Source: Carcharhinus longimanus
Lineage: Eukaryota
Assembly: GCA_030264375.1 (NCBI GenBank)
Contig: JASCQW010000109.1
Location: 37,466,076 to 37,530,075, forward strand
Direction: 5' to 3'
DNA: 64,000 nt
Part shown: positions 1-12,600 of the stretch, one piece after another
How positions within the stretch are numbered: position 1 is the first letter of the stretch
Layout of the letters: the number at the start of each line of letters is the position of its first letter
Program-made: the position numbers and the translations under genes
The notes under the pieces: generated by a model
What the model saw: only the letters and a program-made list of their open reading frames with translations
The model's database searches: none
Told to the model about the DNA's origin: nothing

Positions 1-60
1 GCCATTTCTTTCAGAACCCTTGGATGCATTCCATCCGGTCCTGGGGACTTGTCCACAATC
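1..60 (-). mobile_element. CR1/HER1 LINE ORF2 fragment, truncated by the window edge
   Basis: Minus strand reads VDKSPGPDGMHPRVLKEMA, the characteristic CR1 pre-RT motif. Confidence 0.85.
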
Positions 61-64
61 AGTC

Positions 65-320
65 CCTCCAGTCTGTCTTATTGAAGTCTCCAGCCATGAT
101 GAACAAGGCCTCGGGATATTTCATCTCAAGGCTATTTGTAGTGGTGAGTATTTCGTCCAGCGTGGTCTTCACATAAGCGTGGGGTGGCATGTAAACTGCT
201 GTCAGGATAACAGAAGTGAACTTCCACAGAAAGTAGTAGGAGGCAGCATTTTAGAGTCAGGTATTCTAGGCCCGGAGAGCAGAAACTCACCGGTGTTGCC
301 ACGAGATGATGATTAGGAGG
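65..320 (-). mobile_element. Rex1/Babar-type LINE AP-endonuclease fragment
   Basis: Minus strand, with one frameshift, reads FCSPGLEYLTLKC...FTSVILTAVYMPPHA...LDEILTTTNSLEMKYPEALFIMAGDFN. This matches the Rex1 endonuclease motifs (AVYxPP, GDFN). Confidence 0.8.
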
Positions 321-429
321 CAGACTCCCCCTCCCCCAGCCCAATTAAGTAATTCCAACAGCAAGCTTTTTGTGAGTTTAAGTGTTTAAATTATTAGAAA
401 CTAACATCAGAAAGTAAAATCAAAGAAAA

Positions 430-1650
430 AGGTTTAATAAAGAAACTTCTTTATTCCAACACTTCAGGCCACATCCTGAGCCATTTCAGCTTCCCACAAT
501 TCCCATCTGTTTTCTATTTATACCAGGTCAGCTGGTCAGCTGACCACCACATCATTTTGCCATTGGTTACATTGTCTACCTGACCCTCACAGAATGTTCC
601 CATTGGTTACATGATAATAATCTGACACACATTTCAATACACATATAGATTAGATACAGATGAATGTAATATGCAATTACAGTTTATCTATGTACATAAT
701 ATATATTATATATATAGACCTATCTCTTTTGTTTTGTAGACAGAATTAGATGCAATTGATGCTTTAAAGTTGAAGTAAAGCTCTTGTAAAGCAAAGCATT
801 CTCAACTGGCTGTGAGATTTCTTGTAGTTAAATTTCTTGGAGGTTCGCTCTCAAGAAAACTTTAACCAGAATATATTCTTGAGCTCTTCTTTCTGGAGTG
901 GTCTCCCACTGTCAAGATATTGCTGTAAATTATCTTGGCTGCTTGCTGATTTGCAATTGGTTCAATGGCTTCACTTGGGACTCTCTGCCGGCAAGAGATT
1001 CTTGCAGATTTTAAAAACAGACAATAACTTGGTTCCCTCATCATGTGAATCCCACAATTTCTTATTCTGAAGGAGAGTGTGTATGTTGATTCCAATCATC
1101 TTATGTTGTTCTTTGACACTTTGAGATTCAGTCAGCCTTGTTTGGAAGCGGGAAACCATCATAATACTAAGGCAGGTTGATAGGGTCCATTCACACCCAT
1201 CTCATGCACATTGAGTTTTGATATTCCCTTTTATCCAGGGTGAATCAAAAAGTCATGTTAGTTTAAATTCTGTAGTCCTTTTGCTTTGTTTGAACCTGAA
1301 ACAAAGGGATATGTGAATTCTCCAAATGGCTGTGAATCACCATATTTAATTAGGTATTCACTTGGGACTGTCTGAAGCTCAAAACGTCAAAGGTCACATG
1401 ACATTATGTTAGGTTGATTGGCCATGCTAAATTGCCTCTTGGTGTCCCAAGATATATAGGTTAGGGGGATTAACAGGATAAATATGTGGGATTACAGGGT
1501 TAGAGTCCATGCAGACTTGATGGGCTGAATGGCCTCCTTCTGCACTGTAGGGATTCTATGATTCTATTCTATGATTTAGAGTGGCCATTTTATTAAACTG
1601 TCTCTGCCTAGTTTAAAAAGTATTGACTGAACATTACTGGGACATGACAG
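430..1650. repeat. Possible LTR-like interspersed repeat, interrupted by an HE1 SINE
   Basis: AT-rich non-coding block with duplicated CATTGGTTACAT boxes, ending in ...CATGACA. No TSD or coding homology seen, so the call is tentative. Confidence 0.25.
1405..1578 (+). mobile_element. HE1 SINE, 3' half
   Basis: GTTAGGTTGATTGGCCATGCTAAATTG core, then a HER1-type tail GATGGGCTGAATGGCCTCCTTCTGCACTGTAGGG followed by ATTCT repeats. Confidence 0.85.
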
Positions 1651-2202
1651 CCCATATAGGCAATAAAAATATTTAACAGGAATTATCTATTTTCTGATAG
1701 ATTCTTCCATTGTGATTGCACTTGTTCTAAGTTACTGAAAGATCAATTGTAGTTATGCCTGACATTTTTCATTAATGTTTATTTCCTGTTTGGAAATGAT
1801 TGCTATATACAATGGTAGACTAATAAGAGGTTCTGCTGGTTTATTTTTCACAGTATTATTTCTCCCTGATGGTAAAACTTTTCTTTGTTCTTTAGTAGAG
1901 GGATACAAACAGATGGTCCAGTTAGGAACATATGATCAGTGCAGGCTTGGAGGGCCGAAGGATCTGTTCCTGTGCTATATTGTTCTTTGTTCTTTTTTCT
2001 TTGTACACAACTTCCTTAAGTAAATGTGCTAAAGAGTACTTTTGCATCTTTAGAATCTGCCCTGATTAAAATTTCTTGGGCCAATAGCTTCCTGAAGTTG
2101 GGAATAGATAGACTAATCATAGTGTTTTAGTTTTATCACATTTTGGTCATTGCACGGATGTAAAATCTCATAAATGCAAGTATGTACGCTTAGATTAGAA
2201 GA

Positions 2203-2708
2203 ACCCAGGATTTTCCCTGATATTGGCAAAGGGCAGTTGTTGGGCAGGGAAAAGCAGCATTGAGGCTATCAACAGCAATGGTGGTTTTAACTGCCGTCTA
2301 GTGCAGCCCTTAGAAAAAAATTTGAAGTCACAGGTTCCACATTGTATTGCTGGTGAGATGGTTTCTGATTCACCCAAACCACCAGCAAATTAAAAGCATG
2401 AGGATCAGGATGTCATTTTTAAAGGCTGCCCCAGCACAGAGTAATCAAAGCAGTTCATGCTGGAATCCTCCCCCAACCTAAAGACACCCTCACTAAAGCA
2501 CTACCCTGTCTGTCTGGGGCAGTGCCAAGAGAATGTACTGGCAATGCTGAGGGGAGCACGGGCAGTACTCAGGCTTAAGAGACGTATACCGGAATTCTAT
2601 CCTGAATGGCACAGAATCAGAATGGGCAAGGGGTGGACAAAGGAAATGTCCGTTGTCTTCAGCTGGGATTTTCCAATCTCGCCCAAGTGAGGCTGTAAAA
2701 TCCTGCCC
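2203..2708. mobile_element. Non-autonomous TIR element (Harbinger-like MITE)
   Basis: Termini CAGGATTTT (about 2206) and AAAATCCTG (about 2697) are inverted repeats. Similar termini recur elsewhere in the window. Confidence 0.4.
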
Positions 2709-5700
2709 ATAGAGTTATATAGCACTGAAAGAGGCCCTACAGCCTACTGTGTCTGCACTAGCCATTAAGAATCTTTCTATCTTCCTCCGAGCACTGCACT
2801 CATCTGATCTCCCCTGAGAAGCCTGCTCACCAGATGCATGCCTTTGGAGACCAGTCACGATTGACGCCATTCTACCTTCATACCACTGTGGATGGATTTT
2901 CTGATACAGTTGATGATTCCAACATAAGGATCTGATAATGATATGTTAATTTATTATAATGATATTCCAACATTAAACATAGGGCATGTGCCCCATCAGT
3001 ATCAGGGAAAGGGTCAAACACATTACATGGTTATGCTGAAGTAAAATGTTACTTTGCATTTCTCATGATATTTCCTGCTCCCACTGCTGAACACACCCAA
3101 GCTGAATAGTAGCAGGAAATTCCAACCAATGTCTTTATTTCTGTTCCAGCAAATAGTTTTCAAGCATTGGGAAATTAAGGATTTAATTATTATTTTGTTT
3201 ACCTCTTGTATACTATTTCTTCTGTATAATTCTGTATATTTTAATAAAAGCAATTTTTATTTAGTTTGTGCTTTATGACCTGTTGGTATATTTTCTATCA
3301 GTTGGGAGACACTTAGGATACTCAAAAGACCATTATTTCCAATGTTTTGTCAATGTTAAAGAGTTCATTGTTTGAACTGGTGCAACACTATTCCAGATGT
3401 TTTGTAAATAAGATCAGGTGCAAGAAATGTGCAAGATTGCCAATGGACACAGTAGGGATGAGTGAGAAGAATTGAGAAAATTTAAATTGTAACACGAGCT
3501 GGATTGCTAGCATTTCTATCTACATAGAATACTGTTGCCACAGCAACGGTTTTAAAAGGATCCCCACAGCATATGGTATTTTACAGAAGATTTGAAAACA
3601 GTCCTTTAATTGATTGTTACTCTTGAGTTATGTGTCTTGTAGTAAAAAAGGAATAGTCTGGCTGCCACATTTGAATCAGTAGCAATGGAAAAATTGGACA
3701 TCAAGTGAAGATTGGGGATAGGAATTGGAAAACCTATAAAAGCTTTAATCTTAAAAAAACTAACGTGATGAAATGCAGTTATGAGAAGGAAATACACAGT
3801 TCTCTATCTCTTTATCTTCAATTTTGTTCTTTATTAACACATCACCTCATTAGATTGCAACTATTCCACAAAGCACTTGGTCCTCTTCTAAAAGGATAGC
3901 CAGGAATCTGTGGTTTGCAGCAGCCAGGGTTGCCCTCTCTTCAGCAGACAGAGTGTTTCTGTTATTCAAAAGAGTGCAATTCCATTTTCGTATTGATGCT
4001 GTTATAAGTGAGGGCAGAAACACAGGAACCCTGGCCTTTGAATAAACTTGGCACTTCACATTTAATCATTCACCAGGTCCAAAAATAAATCTGCACCAAC
4101 AAAAGCAGCAATAAAGCCTGTAGCTTTTAGAAAACTTTCATCTGTAACAAAATGGCACCAATGCTTCTAGTAAATCAAATATACAGCTTTAAACCTCATT
4201 GCTAACAAAATCTCTTAGCCTTATTACTATGTTTTTGACACACACATCACTGAAAATTGAGTTGCACTGACTTTTGCTTGATAGTGCATGTGAACTTTGC
4301 TATTCCTATTTTTACTGCCTTGTCACAGTGATTGTTCAGATACTGCTGGCATACATTAATTTCTCTTACCTTTTCTGCAATGCTGCTCATGTGACAGCAG
4401 ATTGGATTTCAAAGTTCTATCAGTGTATAAGCTTTCAAAGTATCTACTTACAACACCAGCATCAAAGTAAAAGCTTTATTAGCATTGATCAATGACAACA
4501 TCTTTTCTTCTAGTTTATTTAGCCAATGGGCATTAATGTGAAGCTAATTCAGGGCATTAGGAAGATAAAGACCAAACACATTTGTTCAGCAGTTAGCGGA
4601 CACGTTACATTTGCTGGTTCACGTGGCCAAAGGGACAATGGGAAAATTATGCTGGGGTCACGCTTCACAGCTAAATCTATAGTTAACAGAGATGTTTGCT
4701 TCTGCTGTCCCCACCCCCTCATCTGCTTTTTCACGATCCCAGAGGCGAGGAGGATCCAAGACATCTAGATAGCATAGCAAGTGCAGCAGATGGTTTTCTG
4801 CTTTCACCCTTTGCTGAAGTCCACATTCTATTGCCATTGTGCTACATCCACCAGAAATACCAAATACCTGTAAGTATCACCATTATGCCACAATAGACTT
4901 AGTGAGGATTAATTATAACAAGCTTGCAGCCAGTAGAAACCACCTTGTTTATTGGCTATGCACCTGCTTTGGTCAGAATAGTGATGGTGATGGGTGTGTG
5001 GGTGAGGGTGCAAGAGATTGGGCACCAATGAGTCCAGTCAAAAGCAGCAGGCACTTGTTAAAAGGAAAGGGAAAGAGCAGTGTGATTGCAGGCAGTAAAA
5101 AAGGCTTGAACTTGGGCAACGAATGAAAGAGCTATAAATAGATCTGTTTGCAGGCCTTGCTCAAGGAGTTGCAGGAAATGAGAGAGAGAGAAAATTCTTC
5201 CCACTGGCACTTTCCCCCACACTTTCCCCAAACCACCGCACAGGGTTGCAGAAAGCTCTGCAGGCAACATATTCCTCAACACTGAGAAGAGGAGGTTCAG
5301 GAGATCAATGGCAAAAACTATAATAGTTTTGAAGGCAGGAATTCCAATTCTCAATTAGTTATTCTCTGCCCACATTGGAAAACTCATTACTCACAATACA
5401 CAGAACCACCAAACCCCCCACCCCAACCCCATTTCCTTATGCTTTCTTGCTATCAATTGTACCAAACTTCACTCCAAGTCCTCCTATTCGCAACTTGCTG
5501 TCGCTATCAAAATGGATCACAAGATTATCACTAATAAACACAGCCCTCCTTTCTTGCAGGAAGCAACTGAAGAACATCAAGGGGCCTACACATCTTGGTG
5601 CCACTGGATGTCTGGATTGTGGAACTGACAGGAAGGCAGACTCTGATGCCTATGGCAGGATTTATTTATACTTTCTTTCCCTTTGCACTGACTATTTCAC

Positions 5701-7244
5701 TCACTCTGCATGACATATTGCAGCTATTTTCAACAGCCAGTTATCTCTCCCTGTTTACCATTGGCATGAAAAGCTCATCTTTCTCTCTCTCATTTCGGGT
5801 GCAGAACATGCAGAGGTTTGAGTGGCAGTTGAGAACAAGGAAGACAGTCTTCCTGACAGGAAGGCAGCAGGATATTTTAATAAATAAAGGAGATCTGCAA
5901 AAAGTACAGGGCATTATGTGGTGAATTTTAACCACCTGGTTTTGACTGAGGAAACAGAAAGATAAAACTAAGGTTTGATGCATAATTCTTAAATTAATAT
6001 TTTTTACCCAATTTGTTGAACAGGCAACAATGTTTAGCAATGATCCCAATGCGATAGAAACAGTAAATTAGAAGCAAAGGAATATCTAGGGTTTAGGAAT
6101 CAAAGGTAATTAATGTTGGTAAAACTGAAATACTTGTAAGGGCCTACAAAGAAGAGCAATGACACAAAGGTACAGAGGTTAGAAATAGATTAAAGCTTGT
6201 TTTCTGGTATGCACAGAATTGCCCCAACTGAAGGGAGATGTGGTGATGTGGGGGTTTGAGACTTACCTGAAATCGGACCTTGGCTTTGTTTGCTTAAGTT
6301 GTGAAAGCTGCTGACATCNNNNNNNNNNCCACACTCCCAAAGGGAGGGTTCATTCACTTGCTGTGTCCAGTTTCCTACATGGGCATCAATTGCCATCAGC
6401 TAAGTCCAGGAGAGTTGGAAAAGGAAGAAGGGATTGATCATGGGACAAACAGCAATCCTAATTGTGCCACGTAGCCTTGGGTCAACAGAAGGGTCCTTAA
6501 AACAATAAAATGTACCTTGCGGTGACCTGACATTTTTAATGCTCATCCTTCATTACATATGTAAGGGATCTGTTTTACGTGGCCATTAGGCATCCAGGAA
6601 ATGGCCTAACCTACTATTGGTCATTCATCTTTCAGCTCTTCTTGGGAAGCAAGATTTGGTCGACACCAACCCTCATTGTGCACGTTTTATATGTGTACAA
6701 TGGGAAAAATGAGGTCCAGTTTCTATACCTTGGACTTCAAAAGGTTTGAAAATTAATGGAACACAATCACAAAGAGACCTCCAGTAGCAAAGTATTTAGA
6801 GAACGTTAACGAATCTACAATCAAAATGCAAATTCATTCCAATTATAGCCAACACAACTGGAACGTGAATGTGTTTAAACATATTGATCTTGTTATATTG
6901 TTAGTGCCAGCAGGAATGAGTGAGATTTTGTAAAGAGTGTGTAATTATCCCATCACCTCCTACGTGAAGGAGGAAAAAAGTCTACTGAAATTAAAATTAC
7001 TGCCTCTACTCTGGAAAATGAAGAGGAATTTGACAGAACCTAGATTTCGAACAGAAGACCTAGATTTGATATCAAAGTTTATCTTAAGTACTCAATAGGA
7101 TGGCGGTTGGTATCAGTGCCATTGGGTAAAGGAGTGGAAGAAGATCAACAGGATGCCTACACGTGGTTGCCGCCCTACCCTGTTGGAAAGTGTGCTTGTA
7201 TGTGCATCAAGTGACAGCAGGATCAAGTTTGCCTATAACACTCT

Positions 7245-8535
7245 CCTAGGTCCTAAGCCTAAACATCTTTAGCTGCTTCATCAATAACCTTCCTTCTATC
7301 ATAAGGGCAGAAGTGGAAATGTTTATAGATGACTACACAACATTCAGTGCCATTCATAACTCCTCAGATACTGAAGAAGTCCATGTCCAAATGGAACAAG
7401 ACCTGAACAATATCCAGACTTGGACTGAAAAGTGGCAAGTAACATTCATGCCATGTAAGTGCCATTCAATGATTATCTCAGTCAAGAGAGAACCTAACCA
7501 GTACCCATTGATGTTCAATTGCATTACCATCACTAAATCTCCACTGTCATCATCCTGTGGTTTACCACTGATTAGAAACAGAACTGGTCTATAAGTATAA
7601 ATTATGTGCTACAAGAGCAGGTCAGAGGCTAGGAATCCTGTGGCAAGTAACTCACCTCCTGACACCCCAAAACTTCCATTTACAAGGATGGAATACTCTC
7701 CCTTTGCCTGATTGAGTGCAGCTTCAACAACACTCAAGACAATTGACATCATCCAGGACACAGCACCTCAGTTGATTGACATCCAATCCTTCTACAACTG
7801 ATGAAGAGTGGCAGCAATGTATAATCTATAGTACAATCTATAAAATGCATTGCAGGGACTCACCAAGGTTGCTAAGGAAGCAGGTTACAAACCCACAACT
7901 GCAACCATCTAGAATGACAAAGTATAATGTACTTTGGAATATCACCACCTGAAAGTTCTCCCCCAATCACTCACCATTCTGACTTGAAGATATTTCATCG
8001 TACCTTCATTGTCACTGGCTCAAAATCCTGCAACTGTCTCACTGTAGGTGTCCCTGCACCAGAGGGATTGCAGGGAAGGCAATGGTGTATTGGTATTGTT
8101 ACTGAACCCCTGATCTAGGAACCCAGGTTAATGGTCCAGAGACTTTGGTTCAAATCCCATCATAGCAGATGGTCAAATTTGAATTCAATAAAAACCTGGA
8201 ATTAAAAGTCTATTGATGACCATGAAACCATTGTTGATTATTATAAAAACCCATCTGATTTACTGATATCCCTTAAGGAATGAAACCTGCCATCTTTATC
8301 TGGTCTGACCTACATGTGACTCCAGATCTATAGCAATATGGTTGACTGTTAAATGGCCCAGCAAATCACTCAGTTCAAGGACAATTAGGAGTGGGCAATA
8401 AATGCTGGCACAGCCGATGATGCCCATGTTCCATAAAAGAAAAGAAAGGCAGCTCACCACCACCTTCTCAAAGGCAAACAGGGATGGACAATTAAATGTG
8501 CACACCTAGCCAGCAAAGCTAGCCCACGCCCCACA
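7245..8535 (+). mobile_element. CR1-clade LINE 3' portion (second subfamily) with a nested SINE
   Basis: Encodes FIDDYTTFSAI...MEQDLNNIQTWTEKWQVTF (RT FADD region and thumb). The tail CAGCTCACCACCACCTTCTCAAAGGC resumes after the SINE. Confidence 0.8.
8073..8445 (+). mobile_element. tRNA-derived SINE with a CR1-type tail, nested in the LINE
   Basis: A-box-like TGGTGTATTGG, B-box GGTTCAAATCC, and a 3' tail GGGCAATAAATGCTGGC...GCCCATGTTCCAT shared with the host LINE. Confidence 0.7.
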
Positions 8536-9339
8536 GAGAAATAAACAGAGGGTGACACATTCTAATTCTTATTTTCCTATCTAACACATAAAGAATGATT
8601 CCTTAAAGGAAAATGGGAAATGCATGGTGTCTGCAGAGCTGTATTCAGGCAAGAAGGTAACTGTCAGGAGAGGTGACGATATGCCATGGGAGTGACAAGC
8701 TGGGTTCTGGGTGGAAGCTGGATTTCAGGCAGCAAGAGGTCACAGACATGAATTTCGTGAAGCAGTCCTCAGCAATAGATGAGTTATCCTGGAGAAGCCT
8801 GAATTTGTTTGTCTTCTGGTTTTTTTTGGTGCCAAATTCTCTCTCTCTGTCCACTAGAAAACATTTAAGAAGTGGTTTCAGCCTTTTCTGGAGCTAGTCC
8901 TACCTCCTGCCAGATTTCACTGCTGACCCCAAGATTGCACATCACTTCCATGACTGGCAGTTAAAGTTGAAACAAAACACAAATCACCTCATTGGACCCT
9001 GATGTTTAGATATTGATGTGACCCACACCTGTGTTGTATGGGTGCCTTCCCCACAACAGGATACAACACAGTTGAAATGGCAGTAAGTACAAATGCGCTG
9101 GAAATGCAATGTGTTGAGACCAATCACCGTTTTGATAAAATGCCTGTCCCATTCCAGCCAAATAGGAAAGGTTTAAACCATGCCTAGCGTACCTACAAGC
9201 AGAATATATTTAGCATTTTCTGCCACAATTCCACATTATTTAAGAATTAAATTCCAACATTTTTAAGGACAACAATTACCAAGCAATCCTTTCAAAATAT
9301 TGATACTATCAAAAATAACTGTTGGCGTAACATAATTTC

Positions 9340-9345
9340 TTTATT
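9340..9345 (-). terminator. Candidate poly(A) signal of the PROB1-like gene
   Basis: AATAAA on the minus strand about 285 nt downstream of the stop codon. Position is the only evidence. Confidence 0.3.
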
Positions 9346-9629
9346 TAATTTACGAGTCTGATTACTGTAGAGGGAAATGTTAAGAACAATTTCAAAAATC
9401 ATAGTTCAGCATCTTATACGTTTTTAAAAAAACACAGAAAATGCTTCAGAAGTCAGTAATCAACTGTAGGGAAAACAAAACAATAACTCAGGCTCATGTC
9501 CTTTCAAGTGATTGTTCTGTGGGTGTTGGTGCAGAATTCTCTCACTTCTGTTCCATAGGAAAGCCAGCAGGATATTCCTTCCTCAAATTGGCTGGGATGA
9601 TAAAATGACTGTTAAGTTGTTTTTAAGTT

Positions 9630-12600
9630 CTACGGAAGAGTTTGAGTGTGAGTGGATATAACTTGCATAGAGGTCAGTGCAGGAATAGGATTTACAGGCA
9701 TATCTGTTGGGATATAATATGGACTTTCCATGTGGTTAGGTTCAGCTAATTTATTCTTTTGTGTGTTATTCTTATGATCTTGCTTGTCTGTTGTGCCATT
9801 TAGATTTGATTGTATTCGTACTTCTGGGGACTCAGGGGTTGGGTCAGAGTGCGTGACCAGAGGTGGTGAAAATAAGTTTGAAAACTGCATTCTTGGTATA
9901 TATGTAGGCCTCAAGGCATTTGGATATAGAACAAATGGGGAAAATGGGGACGCACAATATGTTNNNNNNNNTATTACTATTTCGACGTAGCAACCCGTTT
10001 CTGGATCTAACAGCATTTTACGTGGGGATTGTACTGATGCTTCAACGAAGTAATGTTTTCCAGTCTCTGGATCAATAAGTAATTTCTTGTCCATGAGGGA
10101 GTACTGAAAGCAAGGGAATTGGGGGTTGGCCATAAAGTGAGGAGATTCAGGGATCTTATAACATTTTTCCACAACACTGGGAATTTGTCTGGTTAAAGAA
10201 AATGTTTGTTGTTCCTGTTTTTGAGGATCTAAGGTTTCCCAATTTTGCTGGTGAGGGCTAGTTGTTGTTGAACAGTGATCGAGTTTCGGAATACCAGGGT
10301 GAAGAGAAGCAGGTATTTGTATTTGGGGAGGTGCCTGTAGCGTGTGTTCTCCAATAGGAATGGTCAGATAACTTAGTGGATCTGGTACTGATGCTTTCTC
10401 TTGAACACTTGCTTTGCTGACTGGAATTGTTTTTGTTTCTAAGGACTGTTGCTTGGTTTGGTCGCCAATTGTCTTGGTGGATAACTTAATATCAGGATTA
10501 ATAGAGTCAAGCAGAGTCATTTTCGTATTTGTAAAGTTTAAACTAGCCTGTGTAGCCTGTAGCTTATTAACGATTGTATTGTGAATATCAGCTGAAAATG
10601 CTGATTTGCCATGAACATTTTCCGTTTCGGTCTCTTGAAGTGAGTTTTGTGATGAAATTTTAATAGTCTCCAGACAATTTGATGATTCCACAGAAGCAGC
10701 ACAGCTTTCTGTGGTTTTGACAGGTATTAAATTGATGTCATTAGGGAGTTGGACCTGCGTATCTACAACTTTGTTATCCCTGGATTCTGAACAGTCTTTA
10801 GTAACACTTTGTCCTCCTTCCTCTGAAACCATTGAAATTTTGTTATCTTTAAATGGTTGTAATTCACTTATGAATGTTATCCCAACTTTTCCTGTTGTTG
10901 GTATCATTTCAGATTTATCTGTGTCTTTTCGGGTGTCATATTCAATATTGAATTCTTTCTTGTTCTGCATACAGCTATTTAATAGATTGTTTTGACCTTC
11001 CGTTACATTATGGATCTCTCCATTAAGATTATTAATTAGAGGCGATAATTTGCAGTTTGTACTAGAATCATGCAAAGACTCATTTTCTTCTTGCCGCCCT
11101 ATTTGCATTTCATTTTTATGCTTGTTTATATCTGGTAATATATTAGTATCTTTAGTTTTCAAAACCAATGTACTCTGATTATCCTGGGCAAGTTCTATCT
11201 GACCTTTAGGATCATCAAGCAACAAACTGGCACTTCCTACATTAAGAGTAGAACTTTCAAACATTTTGTTCTGATCTTCCAAACCAACCTGAAGTTCACT
11301 CTCCATTTCATGCTTTTCAAGTGACAGTGTGGCCTCTTCATCTTCTAATGTTAAATTTTCTAATATTTTATTTTGTTTTTCCAATCTAAATTGAATTTCT
11401 TTCTTATGTGTACCTTTTCTCCGAAGTTTTTGAGTTTCTTCATCATTTGTTGTTGACTTGCTTAAACATTTATTTTCATTTTCCAATCTAATTTTAAAGT
11501 CCTTATTTGGGTCATTTTTCCAAAGTGATACATCCACGTCTTCGTTGCCAGTATTTGAATTATGGAATGGTTCATTTTGATTCTTCAAATTAACTTGAAA
11601 ATCATTTTGGAGATAGCTTTTTTCATTTGACAGTTCAACATGATCATCATCATTATTAAAAATCCCTAGCTGATTATTTTGAATTTCCATCTTGGATTGA
11701 ACACCCGTTTTAGGTTCAGCCTTTCTTTGTGATGAATCTACATTTTTGTTTAAAGATGAATTCATTAAAAGCGTGGTTTTGTTTTGTGTTGTCTCTGGAA
11801 TCTCTCCTCTTGGCTCATCTGTATCAAACACGATGGAAATTTCTTCCTTGCTTGAATTAGACTTTGTTGAAAGTTCATTTTCTAGTTCACTTTTAATATT
11901 TCCAGTAGGCTCCATTTTACTCAATGACTTTTCAGTATCTTCAGTTGTTGTGGTAGAACCTGATAAACGATTATTGATATTTTCCAGTCCTACCTGGAAT
12001 TCATTATTTTGTTCTCCTTTTCCAAGAACCAAATCAGCAATTTCACTATTTAGCACAAAATTAGTTAAATGATTTTTCTGATGCTCTGCTCCAACTTGAA
12101 CTTTCATAATTGATAATTTAGACTCTTGATTATTTGAAATCAATAAGGCTTGGATTTTCCTTTCAGGTGTTACTTTATTAGCTATGCAGGTCAAATGACC
12201 ATTTGCATCGCTTTCATCCTCTTTGACTGGGCAAATTTTACAATCTATTCTTTTAGCAGTAATTGTTTTGTTTTTCTGTTTATTAAATGGAATAGGCAGC
12301 TGGAAGTTAGAGGAAAATATTCTCGAAATACCTGAACTTCCTGTACAAGTACAATATTTCTCGTCAACTGTATCATCATTGCTATCACCTTTGTCAGCCT
12401 TCCTGCTTATTGATTGACATTGAATGAAAATTGGTGATAGTTTGTGCTGTGTTGCTGGAAGTGATTGCTCTAAGCTAGAAGGATTGTGAATTTCTTCTGG
12501 CACCTCTGATTTAGCCTTGACGTTACAGAATGTCAAACCACTATAAGTATTTTGAACCAGCTTACTCACATCCCTGACATGAGAAGGAGGATCATCTGTT

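Noticed and set aside
3023-4059. Minus-strand ORFs with a signal-peptide-like or helical look (3023-3253, 3850-4059)
   Set aside because: Non-ATG starts, no recognisable homology (not MZB1), and no consistent exon phases.
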